Shown here piece after piece: positions 41,009 to 54,150 of a stretch of 64,000 nt of DNA (within the stretch, counting starts at the first letter, position 1; every line of letters starts with the position of its first letter). The position numbers were made by a program, and so were the translations under genes. This DNA is from Eledone cirrhosa (lineage: Eukaryota), in NCBI GenBank assembly GCA_964016885.1, contig OZ024742.1:355012001-355076000 (forward strand). The letters run 5' to 3'. The notes under the pieces were generated by a model. That model did no database searches, had not been told where the DNA came from, and was given only the letters and a program-made list of their open reading frames with translations.

Positions 41009-44000
41009 TTCATTCAATAATAAATTGCTCCGAAGAATCCAAACCTCGGTTTGGAGGAAACAGTTGTAAGCATAATAATGTTTTGAACAGTTCTTGGATT
41101 CTTATAATTCATATAACTGCTCTGTAAATCATCTGATGTTATTACATTGAGCTATTTAACTTACTGGTAATAAAGTAGTGGTATGTTACTGCCTACCACT
41201 ATTTAGGGTTTATAAAAATATATATAACTACAAAAGGTTTTTGTATTTGCATAACCATAAATAGTATAATCAATACTATTAACTGCTCCATACTGTTGAG
41301 CTGACATACAATAAATTACCAATATGCTAATCATAGACCAACTCCCCATGTCAACCAAAAACATACCAATACCATCCAAGAATACATATGAGAAATTGCT
41401 GATCAACAGTGTAAATTCATTTATCAATAGAGTGAGATGGAGGACATTCCATTATGATTGAAACAGATCTAACAATGTTAATAATACTAACAAATTTGAC
41501 TCCTTCGCCTTTAAAACCTTTATAAGCCCCCCCCCCCTCCCCCATCCTCATAACACACTACTTAACTCCTTTGAAAATGACCTAGTAAAACTAGTTAAGA
41601 ACATTAAATACAATAAATACCGCAATAGAAGCAACATCTTCTTAAACAAACTTAACACCTCTATTAATGAATTCAAAACCAGTAATAAAATTATTGTACA
41701 CGCAGATGAAACTGATAACATATACAGCCTGGATTATAATACTTATAGAAAGTTTATATATAATGAACTACATAAAAGCTACAAGAAAACTACTATGAAA
41801 AACTTAGAGGATATTAATATAGAGGGATATAATATAGTGTCTAAACTAGGACTTCAGAGGCATACACAACCATACACCCCAAACCACCCTAGATTCTCTC
41901 TGAAGGATCATAAGGAAGAATTCATTAGCAACCCCTCGATTAGACTTATCTGCCTTTCCAAGTCCGACATTGGCATTATCAGCAAGAACATATTAGATAA
42001 AATCATCCCACAAATTAAACACAAGATACACCTTAAACAATGGGGAAATACGGGTGAAGTTATTGAATGGTTCAAAGATATCAAGAATAATAAGAACAAA
42101 AAAATTATTCAATTTGATATCAATTCATACTACACCTCTATTTCCCCTATCCTATTAAATAAGGCACTAATCATGGCCATGAGCAATAGCGACCTGACTA
42201 GAGCCCAGATCGATGTCATCCTTGCGGCCCGTAAAACCATAATCACCTTCGAGGACCAACTATGGACACGCAAGGATACGCACAACAACTTCGACATAAT
42301 CATGGGATACAGTGACTCGGCGCAGGTCACTGATTTGGTCGGCCTATACTTACTTAATGAAATCCATAAGGACCTCCCATACCGCAACGGTGGTTTGTAC
42401 CGCGATGATGCACTTCTACTTATGGAATATAAAACATTCAATATAGAAAGAACTAGAAAACTATTGCAAAAGACATTCAAAAGCTTTAACCTTAGTATCA
42501 CCATGGACAAAAACACTAAAAATGTTAAGTTCCTAGACGCCACACTATACCTAGACTCAAAAATATATACACCTTTCCATAAGCCTAACTAAACACTCAT
42601 TTACGTGGATACCAAGTCTAATCACCCTAGATCAATATTAAACTCTATCTCTAAGGGGGTATCCAATAGAATCTCTAATCTATCCTATGGCGCAAACATA
42701 TTTAGCAAGCAAAAACTCGCAATATTATAATCAAGCATTAGCTAGATCCGGCCATAATATAGAGATTGAGTTCCTACCTAAGAAAACACATAGCTACAAC
42801 ATCATCTCGCACAATATGTCCACGAGAAAACCTAGTAATATGAATAGCAACCACACTAAAGCGGAGGATGCCACCAAAAGTAACCATTACCACAGAAACT
42901 ACCGTAGAACCTTAGGAGGAAACAACACACCAGACACTAAAAACAAAAATAGAAGAAGAAATAATACATTTTTCAACTCTCCTTTCAACCTAAACGTCTC
43001 CACCAACATACCTAGGACTTTCTTCTCACTACTAGATAAAAACTTCCCTCTAGGACACAAGTACCATAACCTCTTAAACAAAAACATAATTAAAATCTCA
43101 TACTCTACGACGCCTAACTTAGCATACCACATAGCCAGCAGCAATAAAAGTAAAATTAATTCTAACTTCCAACAAACGAAATCACAACAGGAGGTAAACC
43201 TTCAAAATACCTCTGTAGCAAGCAACCCTAATAACGGCAGTAATAATAGAAATAACACTAGTATAAGAAATAACACCGAGGTCGACAACGCGAATGTCCA
43301 AAATCCTATAGCAACCACCCGGACTTCTGCACTGCATTATAACCAGCAGACAAACACCCAGGATAATTGTAACTGTAGAGCTAATAGAACCTGCCCTTTA
43401 GATAAAAAAATGCATCAAACACCAGGGGCGCACCTTATACTACATCCCCACACTCATTGATCTAATATAACACAAATCGGGACATCCCTCTAGAACCCTT
43501 CACAGTGGGAATACATATTTGTACTTCTACTTTAGCTGTGACTACATCCAGTTGCTTGAACTGCACTACACCACTTTATAGTTAATGTAAAATTTAAGCA
43601 TTGAATTGATTGTATTGTTGGTGCTATGCGGAGGAAGTGCCATCGTTGGATAAATGGAAAACTAATTAATCTAGTAACGTTGATGAGCTGTAAGACCGGT
43701 TTGCTGAGTGCAGTGAATGTATTGCAAGTGGCGTATGGGTTGTACATATATGTATGATTTGATGATCAGATTGGAGACATGAGGAGTGTGGATTGACCTC
43801 TGGTCGGTCCTGGTGATGATTATCTTTCGACATCCAATATAGCATGCACTGACCCGGAACTTACCATGGATCATTGTGTGTTGAAGTGATTCTGCAATCA
43901 CCTAGCCTGGTTCTTTGAGTAGACTACAATCACAGTGATCATTAATTTAGAAATCTCGCTCCACGTGTATAATATTCATTTATGGCACTCTACGATGGAG

Positions 44001-44894
44001 GTTAATCACTATAATAAGAACACCTTCAGCACAACTTAATAGACTACTCTATAGTTAAAACACTTCAAATTTTAGAAATTGTTTAGAAACTGCGCATAAC
44101 CATATAATTTAGTGACTGTTTTGAGACACAATTTAATAGTTAGTAATAGAAACCACTGAGTTACCTCCCCTCATGCATTAATACCCCTTAGCCACACACA
44201 CACTTCCGGGTAATATTTCGATGTCGATTCTCGCAACGTAACATCCTCCTGTATTGAGCTAGAGAACATCAGACTACGATTCTCTAACTGGATTGTCAAA
44301 CGCCCAATATCGAATTGTCGTGGATTATGTGAGGGGCATATAATCTGTAAAGTACGCTCCCCAGACTATGAAAATGTCGCAGTGCATGAAATCCATATCA
44401 TCGCTTCGCTACGCATTTCCAATATTTTTAATGCTTACATTATTTTTCATACTTATATTATTTCTCCACACACAGGCTATAACAATCATATAAAGAATTC
44501 ATTACCAGATCAACCCTCTTAACACTCTTGATTACCTGCTTAAGTGCTCCTATTACACGTAATTCTCTGCCACGCTATATAAACAAGACGCACGTGCTTG
44601 CCACACATATAACCATTGCACTCTATAGCCGCTTAATTTCATGTTGTATTTTAACCTGTATTTTTTATTGTATCTTTTAATATGAATGTAATCTCTAAAT
44701 GTTTACTGCCACACTAAATACTGTAATGAATGTTGACCCACAATATTTGCATATGTATCTGTATGTCTCTTGGGTGAAAGGGAGGTCATATAAGTGTTCA
44801 TTCAATAATAAATTGCTCCTCTAAACCAAACCTCGGTTTGGAGAAAACAGTTGTAAGCATAATAATGTTTTGAACAGTTCTTTGATTCTTATAA

Positions 44895-44899
<5 letters not shown>
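41009..44899 (+). mobile_element. Decayed GLYRDD-type PLE with direct pLTRs (41009-41115 and 44796-44899); EN domain deleted
   Basis: LKDHK, SKSDIG, QFDINSYY, GGLYRDD, FFNSPF, KISYSTTPN, CNCRANRTCPLDKK, then a jump into the 3' UTR at ~43412. Confidence 0.88.
41026..41072 (+). ncRNA. Type I HHR-like motif with C at position 4 (CCGAAGA)
   Basis: tgct-CCGAAGA-a tccaaac ctcg gtttgga g-GAAA-cagttg-TA-agca. Confidence 0.6.
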
Positions 44900-44961
<62 letters not shown>

Positions 44962-45140
44962 TTCAAGAGTAATCAATCTTAATGAGAGAAATGGAGATAG
45001 GAGAGGAGATAGGAGAGGAGAAGGGAGGCTGTTGATTTATTTCGAAGCAAAGCGTGAAGGCATGTGCTCAATGTGCAATATGCATTGGAAGGCAGCTATG
45101 TGGCCGGGTTCATGCAGATGTTAGGTGCACAGAGCTGGAA

Positions 45141-45413
45141 ATATTCAATAGTTAAGCAAACCAAAATCACACATTTCACAACGAAGACATAATTAAAAGA
45201 TTGTCAACATATTTTTTATTGGTCTAATGAATGTAGAGAATAATAATAATAATATTAATAACAATAAAACATTATTATTATTTATTATTATTATTACTAT
45301 TAGTATTACTCTCTATATTCCTTACACCAACTAAAACTATGTTGACATTCAATATTTTAATAATGTCTTCCTTGTGAAATGTGTGGTCTTGTTTTGCTTA
45401 ACTAATGAATAAT
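45141..45413. repeat. Degenerate fold-back with (TAA)n-rich spacer
   Basis: Arms ~45141-45210 and ~45339-45413. Confidence 0.65.
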
Positions 45414-45442
45414 ATGTATATATATATATTGTTATTATTATT

Positions 45443-47602
45443 ACAGCTGCATTTATCTTGCTTTATGTTCATACGAATTATCACCAAGTCACAACCAGTA
45501 ACCTCAAGAGACAACAAGGTCCGCCATGTTCAAGAAAGAACATACATACTCACACATGCATCTTTAGGTGTTTAGACTTGTGATGTACTTATATTGACAT
45601 ACTCTTCCTTAGTATATGGGCAGTTCCCATTAGTACTATCTTTTGTATTTCTCCTATACGCGGGTTTCCTCCTATACGCGGATTTGCGATAAGTAATCAT
45701 TAGACCCCTTAGGTATCATTCCTAGAGCGCCTAAAACCACTGGTATTGTTTTAGTTCTCAATTGCCATATTTTTTCCAATTTCTATCTCCAGGTCCTTAT
45801 ACTTGCTCAATTTTTCAAATGTTTTTATAGATACATTCTTGTCTATTTGAACGAACATATCAATTATCAGGCATACCCTCTTTTTAAAGTCCTTCAGTAT
45901 TATATCAGGTCTATTTGCATCTATTTTTCGGTCTGCTTCGATGCTAAAGTTCCACAATATTGAGATGTGATCTTTTTCAAGTATGGTAGGTGGTTGATGC
46001 TCCCACCAATTCTTTTGATGGGGCAGGTCAAAATGGTTACACATTATCCAATGTATGTATTGTGCAGCTCTGTCATGCCTGTTTAGGTATTCGGTTGGAG
46101 CTATAGGACTGCACATTGAAAGTATATGGTCAATGGTCTCTGGTTGCTTTTTACATACACGGCATAATGGGCTGCATCCATCTTTTATTATGTTGGCTTG
46201 GTAATTTTTTGTTGGCAGTCACTGCTCTTGTGCTGAGAAAATCAGCCCTTCTGTCTCCGATTTCAGTCCAGAGGATGCCAACCACTGATGGGTTAAAGTT
46301 TTGTCAACATCAGGATTTATAGCTCGTTCTGGGTATTTTCCATACATAGGCTTTTCTTGCCATTTCTTAGCGAGTTTCTCTAGCAGTTCTTTCTTTGCAG
46401 TTACTTTTACCTGCTTTGCTTTTTCTGTGTTTTCCATTTCAGCAGCTTTCCTCTGGTGAACGTTGCTTTGTCGCATTTATCTAGCTCAAACTCCATTTTA
46501 ATGTCATCACTGAACTGCTCCACAGTGGATAATAGTACTGGCAATTGTTCATCATTTTTTGCAAATAGTTTCAGATCATCCATGTAGAACAAGTGATTAA
46601 TGGTTTTGTCATAGACTTTATATCCATGTTTTGTTTCATTGAGCATTTTACTTAATGGTATAAGCGCGATGTAGAATAAAAGCAGTGATAAAGAGTCATC
46701 CTGAAAAATTCCACAATTAATATTAACTTCTCCAACTTCCACTGACTTTGTTTCACTATTAAAAAGGAGTGTCGTTTTCCATGTCTTCATACTGAATGAC
46801 AAAAACATCCTGACAACGGGAGATATTTTGAAAATCTCTAAACATTTTTCAATCCAACTGTGTGGCGAACTATCGAATGCTTTTTTGTAATCTATCCAAG
46901 CAATTGATAGATTTTTGTGTCTATTATGACAATCTTCCAGTATCATTTTGATAACCATAAGCTGATCCTTACAGCCATATGAGCCTCGCTTACACCCTTT
47001 CTGCTCAATGGGAAATAGGTCATTTGTTATCAGGTGGTCATATGTATATTCAGTTAGGACTGATGTTAACATTTTATACATAGTGGTCAAGCAAGTTATC
47101 GGTCTGTAATTTTTGGGATTGTTTGTCTCATCATTCTTCGGAAGCAGGAACGTAATGTCGTTAACTAGCCATGATGGTATCTTTTCTGGCTCCATAACTA
47201 TTTCATTGTAAAGTTGGGCTAACATCTCATGAGACTCTGTGAAGGCATTTATCCAAAAAAATTGTATTTTGTATTTTCCTGGGGATTTCCATTTGCTGGT
47301 TTTTCTTAGAGCCGAACGCAACTGTTCAACTGTTATATTTTCCCATATTTGTTCCTCAAGTTGAGCTGTATCTTTCATTTGTCTGTCTGTCCATGGGGCA
47401 TGTATATTATGAACTTTTTCTTCGGCCCAGATCTTTTCCCAGAATTCTTGCACTTCCTCCTTGGGTGGTATTGATTTAGCAGTTATTGTTGACTTACCAA
47501 TTTTTCTGTAGAAGTTCATTTGGTTGTTTTTGAACATATTATAGTCCTTATAGAATCTAGATCGTTTTTCAAAGCGCCTTATACGAGCAGCTTTGGCCGA
47601 CA
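45443..47602 (-). mobile_element. 5'-truncated R4/Dong-like non-LTR retrotransposon (RT + CCHC + restriction-like endonuclease), decayed, in (TAA)n
   Basis: WKSPG, YRPITCL, EQKGC, WIDYKKAFDS, GIFQ.DSLS, HLFYMDDLKL, ETEG, RHD, RPDII, IID, KLSKYKDL; flanked by TTA repeats. Confidence 0.88.
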
Positions 47603-48154
47603 CTATTATTAGTATTAATATTATTATTATTATTAGTAGTAGTATTGTCGTTATTATTTTTTTGTTCGTGAAACAGCTATACTCGATAATAAGAGGGCAT
47701 CCATCTTCTATATATATATATATATATAAAAGACCAGTTCTAACACGAGATAACATCTCTCCCCCACATTTACGTATAATTATATCTTCTCACACTCACA
47801 CACACACATTCACAACTTACACCTTCATGCTTTCTCCCACACACTTAAACAGGTATGTACAAAACACCCTTTTAAAGGGAGACTAGTCTTTATCCACCTA
47901 ACCTTAACTTTTCGACATTAGAGATACAATAGATTCTCTATACCATTTCCTGTCAGCATGACTTGGCAAGCTATTTAGAACACTGTTTTAACCGCTTTAC
48001 TTCCCTCCGAAGAAGTGATATTATCTCGAAAATTAAGGACATTTAAATAAATCTAAGGTAAAAGACTAATTGTCAGCAATATCTTTTGCATTTGCATTCT
48101 TTATTCTATGTCCATACCTGCATTGTTTTGGCTATATTATACATATACAAACGT

Positions 48155-48964
<810 letters not shown>

Positions 48965-49021
48965 GAGAGAGAGAGAGAGATATAAAGAGAGAGAGAGAGA
49001 GAGAAAGAGAGGGAGAAAGAG

Positions 49022-49450
49022 ATTACACAAGTTTCAAAGTAATGTCCAAATCAGTTAATCGGTGACAAATGTTTCTTCCAAACTTTAGTTTGGAGTCATC
49101 GGAGCATTATCAATGTTTGTACGTATAATTAACCTCCTAACCAACTGAAGAATCATATATATACATATATATTGATGTTGTGAACAATAGTTTAGTGTAT
49201 ATAGGGTGTAATGGATGCGACATATATTATGTCGCATCCATTTGTTGAAAAGGAGGTTAATTATATGTACAAACATTGATAATGCTCCGATGACTTCAAA
49301 CTAAAGTTTGGAAGTAACAATTATCAGCGATTAAATTGATTTGAACATTACTGAGATCTTGTGAAATCTATATTACTGCTCTGTAAAACAACTGATGTTC
49401 TTACATTGAACTATTTCTCTTATTGGTAATAAGGTAGTAATAAATTACTG
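49022..49450. mobile_element. Fold-back of pLTRs related to the 41009 family, with CCGATGA-core HHR-like motifs (49060-49106 minus, 49283-49329 plus)
   Basis: Arms ~49022-49146 and ~49243-49368; tail 49370-49450 is homologous to 41115-41190. Confidence 0.75.
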
Positions 49451-50223
49451 ACCTTGTCTTGATTCTCATTGGTCAGTTTGTAGATGGTAGTAGGGTTGGT
49501 TTTTGATCTCAAAGGAGCAGGTGGTTTGGTAAAGTTCAAACCGTCAGGCAAGATGACAGTAGTTCCATATGACTGATTTTCACAAAAGGCATTCCTGGTC
49601 AGATTATATATTCAATTAAGGTTAATAGTATGAAATAGATACTTCAGGTTATTCTTAAATTGAGGAATATATGTGGAGTGGTGCTACTGAAATTTATGGT
49701 TCGAGTAGAACATTTACAAATAAAAAGACTCATGTAGGTTGGCTTGCACTACACTCACACCCGCCTCCACAGACACACACACACACATCTACACATACAG
49801 AATGTGGGGTGGTAATACTTATGGTTAGAGTCCAATACTTAGATAGTTTAGAAAATTTAGAAATAAAAGGTTTATGCTGGTTGACTTGTACATACACTCA
49901 CACCTACCCCCTCAGACACTCACACATCTACACACACAAATCCATACATGTGTGTATATATATACACGTATGCATGTATATACGCACAAGCATAGATATA
50001 TATATATATAATATACATATATACACAGAACATACATATATATAAAATATACACATATAAATATATAAAAAAAATATATATACATAACATACACACATAC
50101 ATAAAATATATACACACATAAAACATACATACATATATATATAAAATACACATACACATACATATATATATATAAAATATATACACATAGATACATACAT
50201 ATATATAAAGTACACATACATAC

Positions 50224-50276
<53 letters not shown>

Positions 50277-50299
50277 GATACATATATACATATATATAT

Positions 50300-50880
50300 A
50301 AAATCAGGTTCAATAAAACGTGATTTAGATGACTCCTAACCAGTGGAGGATCCGGTGGACCGACCACAATAGGGACCACAAACTATAGGTGGTTGTTGTT
50401 GTCCATTGGTCATTGGTACTGGGTGTAGTGGGCCTGCAGGAGGGGGGGGGGCGTTGTGGGAGGCCGTAACTGGGGTTTATCCATATAGCTTGAGGAAGAT
50501 TCCCGTACTTAGTTGTCTGCAGGCACCGAAAAAGTCGGCCCTTCTGTTTAATAGCTTGGTTCCGCCATGAAGAATCTCGAGTGTCTCACTAAGACAGAGG
50601 TTGCAAATACCAGACCCGCTCCTGTCTGGGGGAACCTTTCTAACCACGGACCAGACCAGAAAGTGAGGTGTCTTTTCAAATTTGAGCTTCCAGATCAATT
50701 CAGAAAGGGCCGTATATTTCTTCTTATCTATTCTGTAGAGTGGGTAATAGGAAAATGTAGGACTTCGAAAGTGATAGCAACTGGGCACATACATATTTGT
50801 ACTCAAGTATTCCAATACGACAAGGCCTAATGGATTCCCCTTGCAGTACGTACAATCTGGACACTCACACACAGCTTGGT
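50300..50880 (-). pseudogene. GLYRDD-type PLE endonuclease fragment
   Basis: TALSELIWKLK, WSVV, CNLCLSETLEI, LLNRR. Confidence 0.7.
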
Positions 50881-51439
50881 ATTATGCCAATACTATATAT
50901 CATTTCACACCATTTATTATTAAGGTTTTTGATGTTCTATTGAGAGAATCGTTTTTACTGAAAATATCGAATAATGTACAGCATTTTTACCAGTATCACA
51001 AAAATACTGGTCCACCCACATACACACAAACATTCCCACACACACATATACACATACACACACACACACATATATATATATACACACACATACACACGCG
51101 GCCATTAACATACAAAGAAACATATATACACACACACACACACTTCTCCGTATAAGACAAGAGCTGAAAAATATATTTTAACATGTTAAAATATCCCCCA
51201 CACACGTACAGACACATTCCTACTGACCATCCCTCTACCACGAATTACTCTACCACACACACACACACACACACAGACACACACACACACACACACCCAC
51301 CTACACACACTTGTCTTAATAGGCATATGATTTGTCAACAGGCTGCGGTTCGGACACACATCCCTGCTGACCGTTATCACAACAACGAACCTCTTTACTA
51401 CTACTACACACACACACATATTTGTCTTGAAAGACTTAT

Positions 51440-51836
51440 TTTTCAGTGACTTTTGAATCAACCGGGACAAACATACATTTGGCGCAAAATCAATTTTCAA
51501 CATTCACATGACCTCTACCGACCAATCAAAATTGTTTTGACCACAAGAATTTTTTATACATCTGGAGCCACTTTTTTTGCATAAAACAGGTAGAATTTCC
51601 AAAACTAATCAGATTAGAGCCAACATCACGGGCGCTCTATCTCAAAATTATTTTTGAAAAGCATTGGAAATGCGCAACCGGTAAAACTTAAAAGCAAAAC
51701 TGAATACTAACCAATACTATTACTAATTTTTACTTATTCCTAATTAAAGTATTTTTCACTGGGAACAAATTGTCAGCATTTTCTTTTCCTTTTACCAATA
51801 TATCATAACTCGAGTGTTACACCTCTATTCTTTTAA

Positions 51837-51840
<4 letters not shown>
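51440..51840 (+). mobile_element. Neptune-type pLTR with TTGAAAA-core HHR remnant (51650-51687)
   Basis: Matches the arms and tail at 13120-13533; TTGAAAA-gcatt gga aatgc-G(C)AA-ccgg-TA. Confidence 0.65.
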
Positions 51841-51910
<70 letters not shown>

Positions 51911-53342
51911 CCAATATTGTCATCCTACAATAGTAAAAAAGAGAACATACAATAATATATTAAAATATCTTAAGCAACGCCTAGAGAAATATTATGATAG
52001 TCTTTCCTTTTCTGGTTGTTGACGTTAAAGCTCTTTTTAAATTACAGACGCCTGCTTCAACACACATATTCATCTCAATATTTGTTTGTTATGTTAAATT
52101 AATACCACATATATGTTATGCCTGATGAGAAGCCATGCAGTCTCAATGTTTTTATATAAGAGTATATGGTAGTTTGGAGCTATTAGTACCTGCGGATTTT
52201 CTCATTTTCAAAAATGCATTTTGTTTTTGCCTTTTAGCTGTGAATATTCTCACAAATATATCTATTAAATCAACATCACCTCCTACTAATAATAAAACTG
52301 ATTTGTTGTCGACAGCTTAATACGATTTTCTTCGGAATCACAAATTGAAACAAATTGTGCTAGAGCTATATGCACGGTATCTGCGATAGTATTAGTTGAT
52401 AAATATGCCTCACTTTGTTCTCATTATTTCTTTTTTTGATTCTGGTGTTATTTATATATTTCTAATCCTTCTTACATAGAGAATATGATGTGAGATATGT
52501 CTAAAAATATGCGAAAGCGATTCATGTGTCATTGACATTTATATATGTTTTATGTTAATTTGAGTTATGCAACTATGAACCCTGTAATATTTATTATATT
52601 GGATGGATGAGCTTCTTGTGTAAAAGTTCGCTGAACATATCAATGCTCTGAGTGATATTGAAAGCCCTGCTAACGTTTTGTTAATATTTATATTTGATAG
52701 TACCTATTGGTTAAATCCACAATTTGCTTACTTCCGTGTTAATATACTACATTACGAAAAGTTGAAACCAGAGTAGAGAGAATATTATTTTCGTTTCAGT
52801 TCTAACAAATTGGTGGATGTGTTCGGTGAACTTGTAAGATTGACCAGACATCCCAAGACTAGAGTAGAGAGACTATTTGCATATCATCTCGAAACCAGAA
52901 ACAATGTGGTTATTGATCCACAAACACAATATATCCTATAGTTGAACATATATACACGAAAGCTGAAACATTGATCTGAACATTCAGAAATAAAAATATA
53001 AGATGTACGCAGATAAAAAGAAAACACGCACACATATATAAAGCTGGAGAAGAAACAGACACACACATGCATACATACAAACATACATACATTTACACGA
53101 GAAGCTGCACAGAAAACACACGCGCGCACACACTACACAATACACACACACACACAGAAAAAAAGGCAATCGAGTAAATATGTCAATATGTAAATGAGCC
53201 ACGGAAAGAAGGAATAGTCATTGAGAAGGTCGTTGATTGTGTGACAAAAGACATATAGTTATGTAAATGAAACAACTATCCGGTTTCTCATGTATTTATC
53301 ATCGCACTATTAATATATCTTACAACAAAGTCTTATATATAT

Positions 53343-53516
53343 AACAAAGAAAGTGCGGTAAGACACCAGGTGGACCATAACGCACCGAGTACAAGATATT
53401 TAGTGTCGTAGAGTGGGTAATAGGAAAAGAGTCAGGAACCGACAGCTGAGCTATGGCCGTTTCAACAGCTAGATCTGTAACGGCCGGAGCTCAGCCGTCG
53501 GGGTCCTGACTAGTTT

Positions 53517-53520
<4 letters not shown>
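53343..53520. mobile_element. Very short fold-back remnant of the 18819-family pLTR end
   Basis: Homologous to 18819-18945, then inverts (cggccggagctcagccgtcggggtcc...ccta) into (TA)n. Confidence 0.7.
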
Positions 53521-53548
<28 letters not shown>

Positions 53549-53552
<4 letters not shown>

Positions 53553-54115
53553 AAGTTATATTTAAAATTGTTGGGTTACAACTAGTAAATATTTATAACT
53601 GATATAAAAGCACTCGACAAATACTTGGAGTATATTTACAATATTAAATAAATGGAAAACTATATTTATAAAACCATATTTATTTCATTATATATATTTC
53701 GGGGATATCATATTAACAATATGCTATGCCTTCATCAGACAAAATACAATATAAACAGTTTTATAGATAAATATATTCGACATACCGTAATAAACATCAA
53801 CTTCATTTGAAGAGGTTCACTCTAGCAGTGAAAATACAGAGAGAAAGAAAGAGAGAGAGAAAAGAGGGAAATAAGAAAGAAAGAAAGACGAAACGAAGAA
53901 AAGGAAGAAAAAGAAGAAAAAGAAAAAGAAGAAATGCATGGGACAAAATAGAGAGATGGAAAAATAGATAAAGCGAAGAGCTTCATGTAAAGAGACCGAA
54001 AGAGATATATATATATATATAGAGAGAGGAAATAGAGATAGATATATATATAAATATAGATATAGAAAAATTAGGTAGTGGGAGGTCATTTTGAGTAAGT
54101 GTATCAATGATGCAT

Positions 54116-54150
<35 letters not shown>

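Noticed and set aside
52800-52941. Possible terminal exon after tttcgtttcag
   Set aside because: Only ~46 codons with no recognisable protein; acceptor-like motifs are common in AT-rich DNA.
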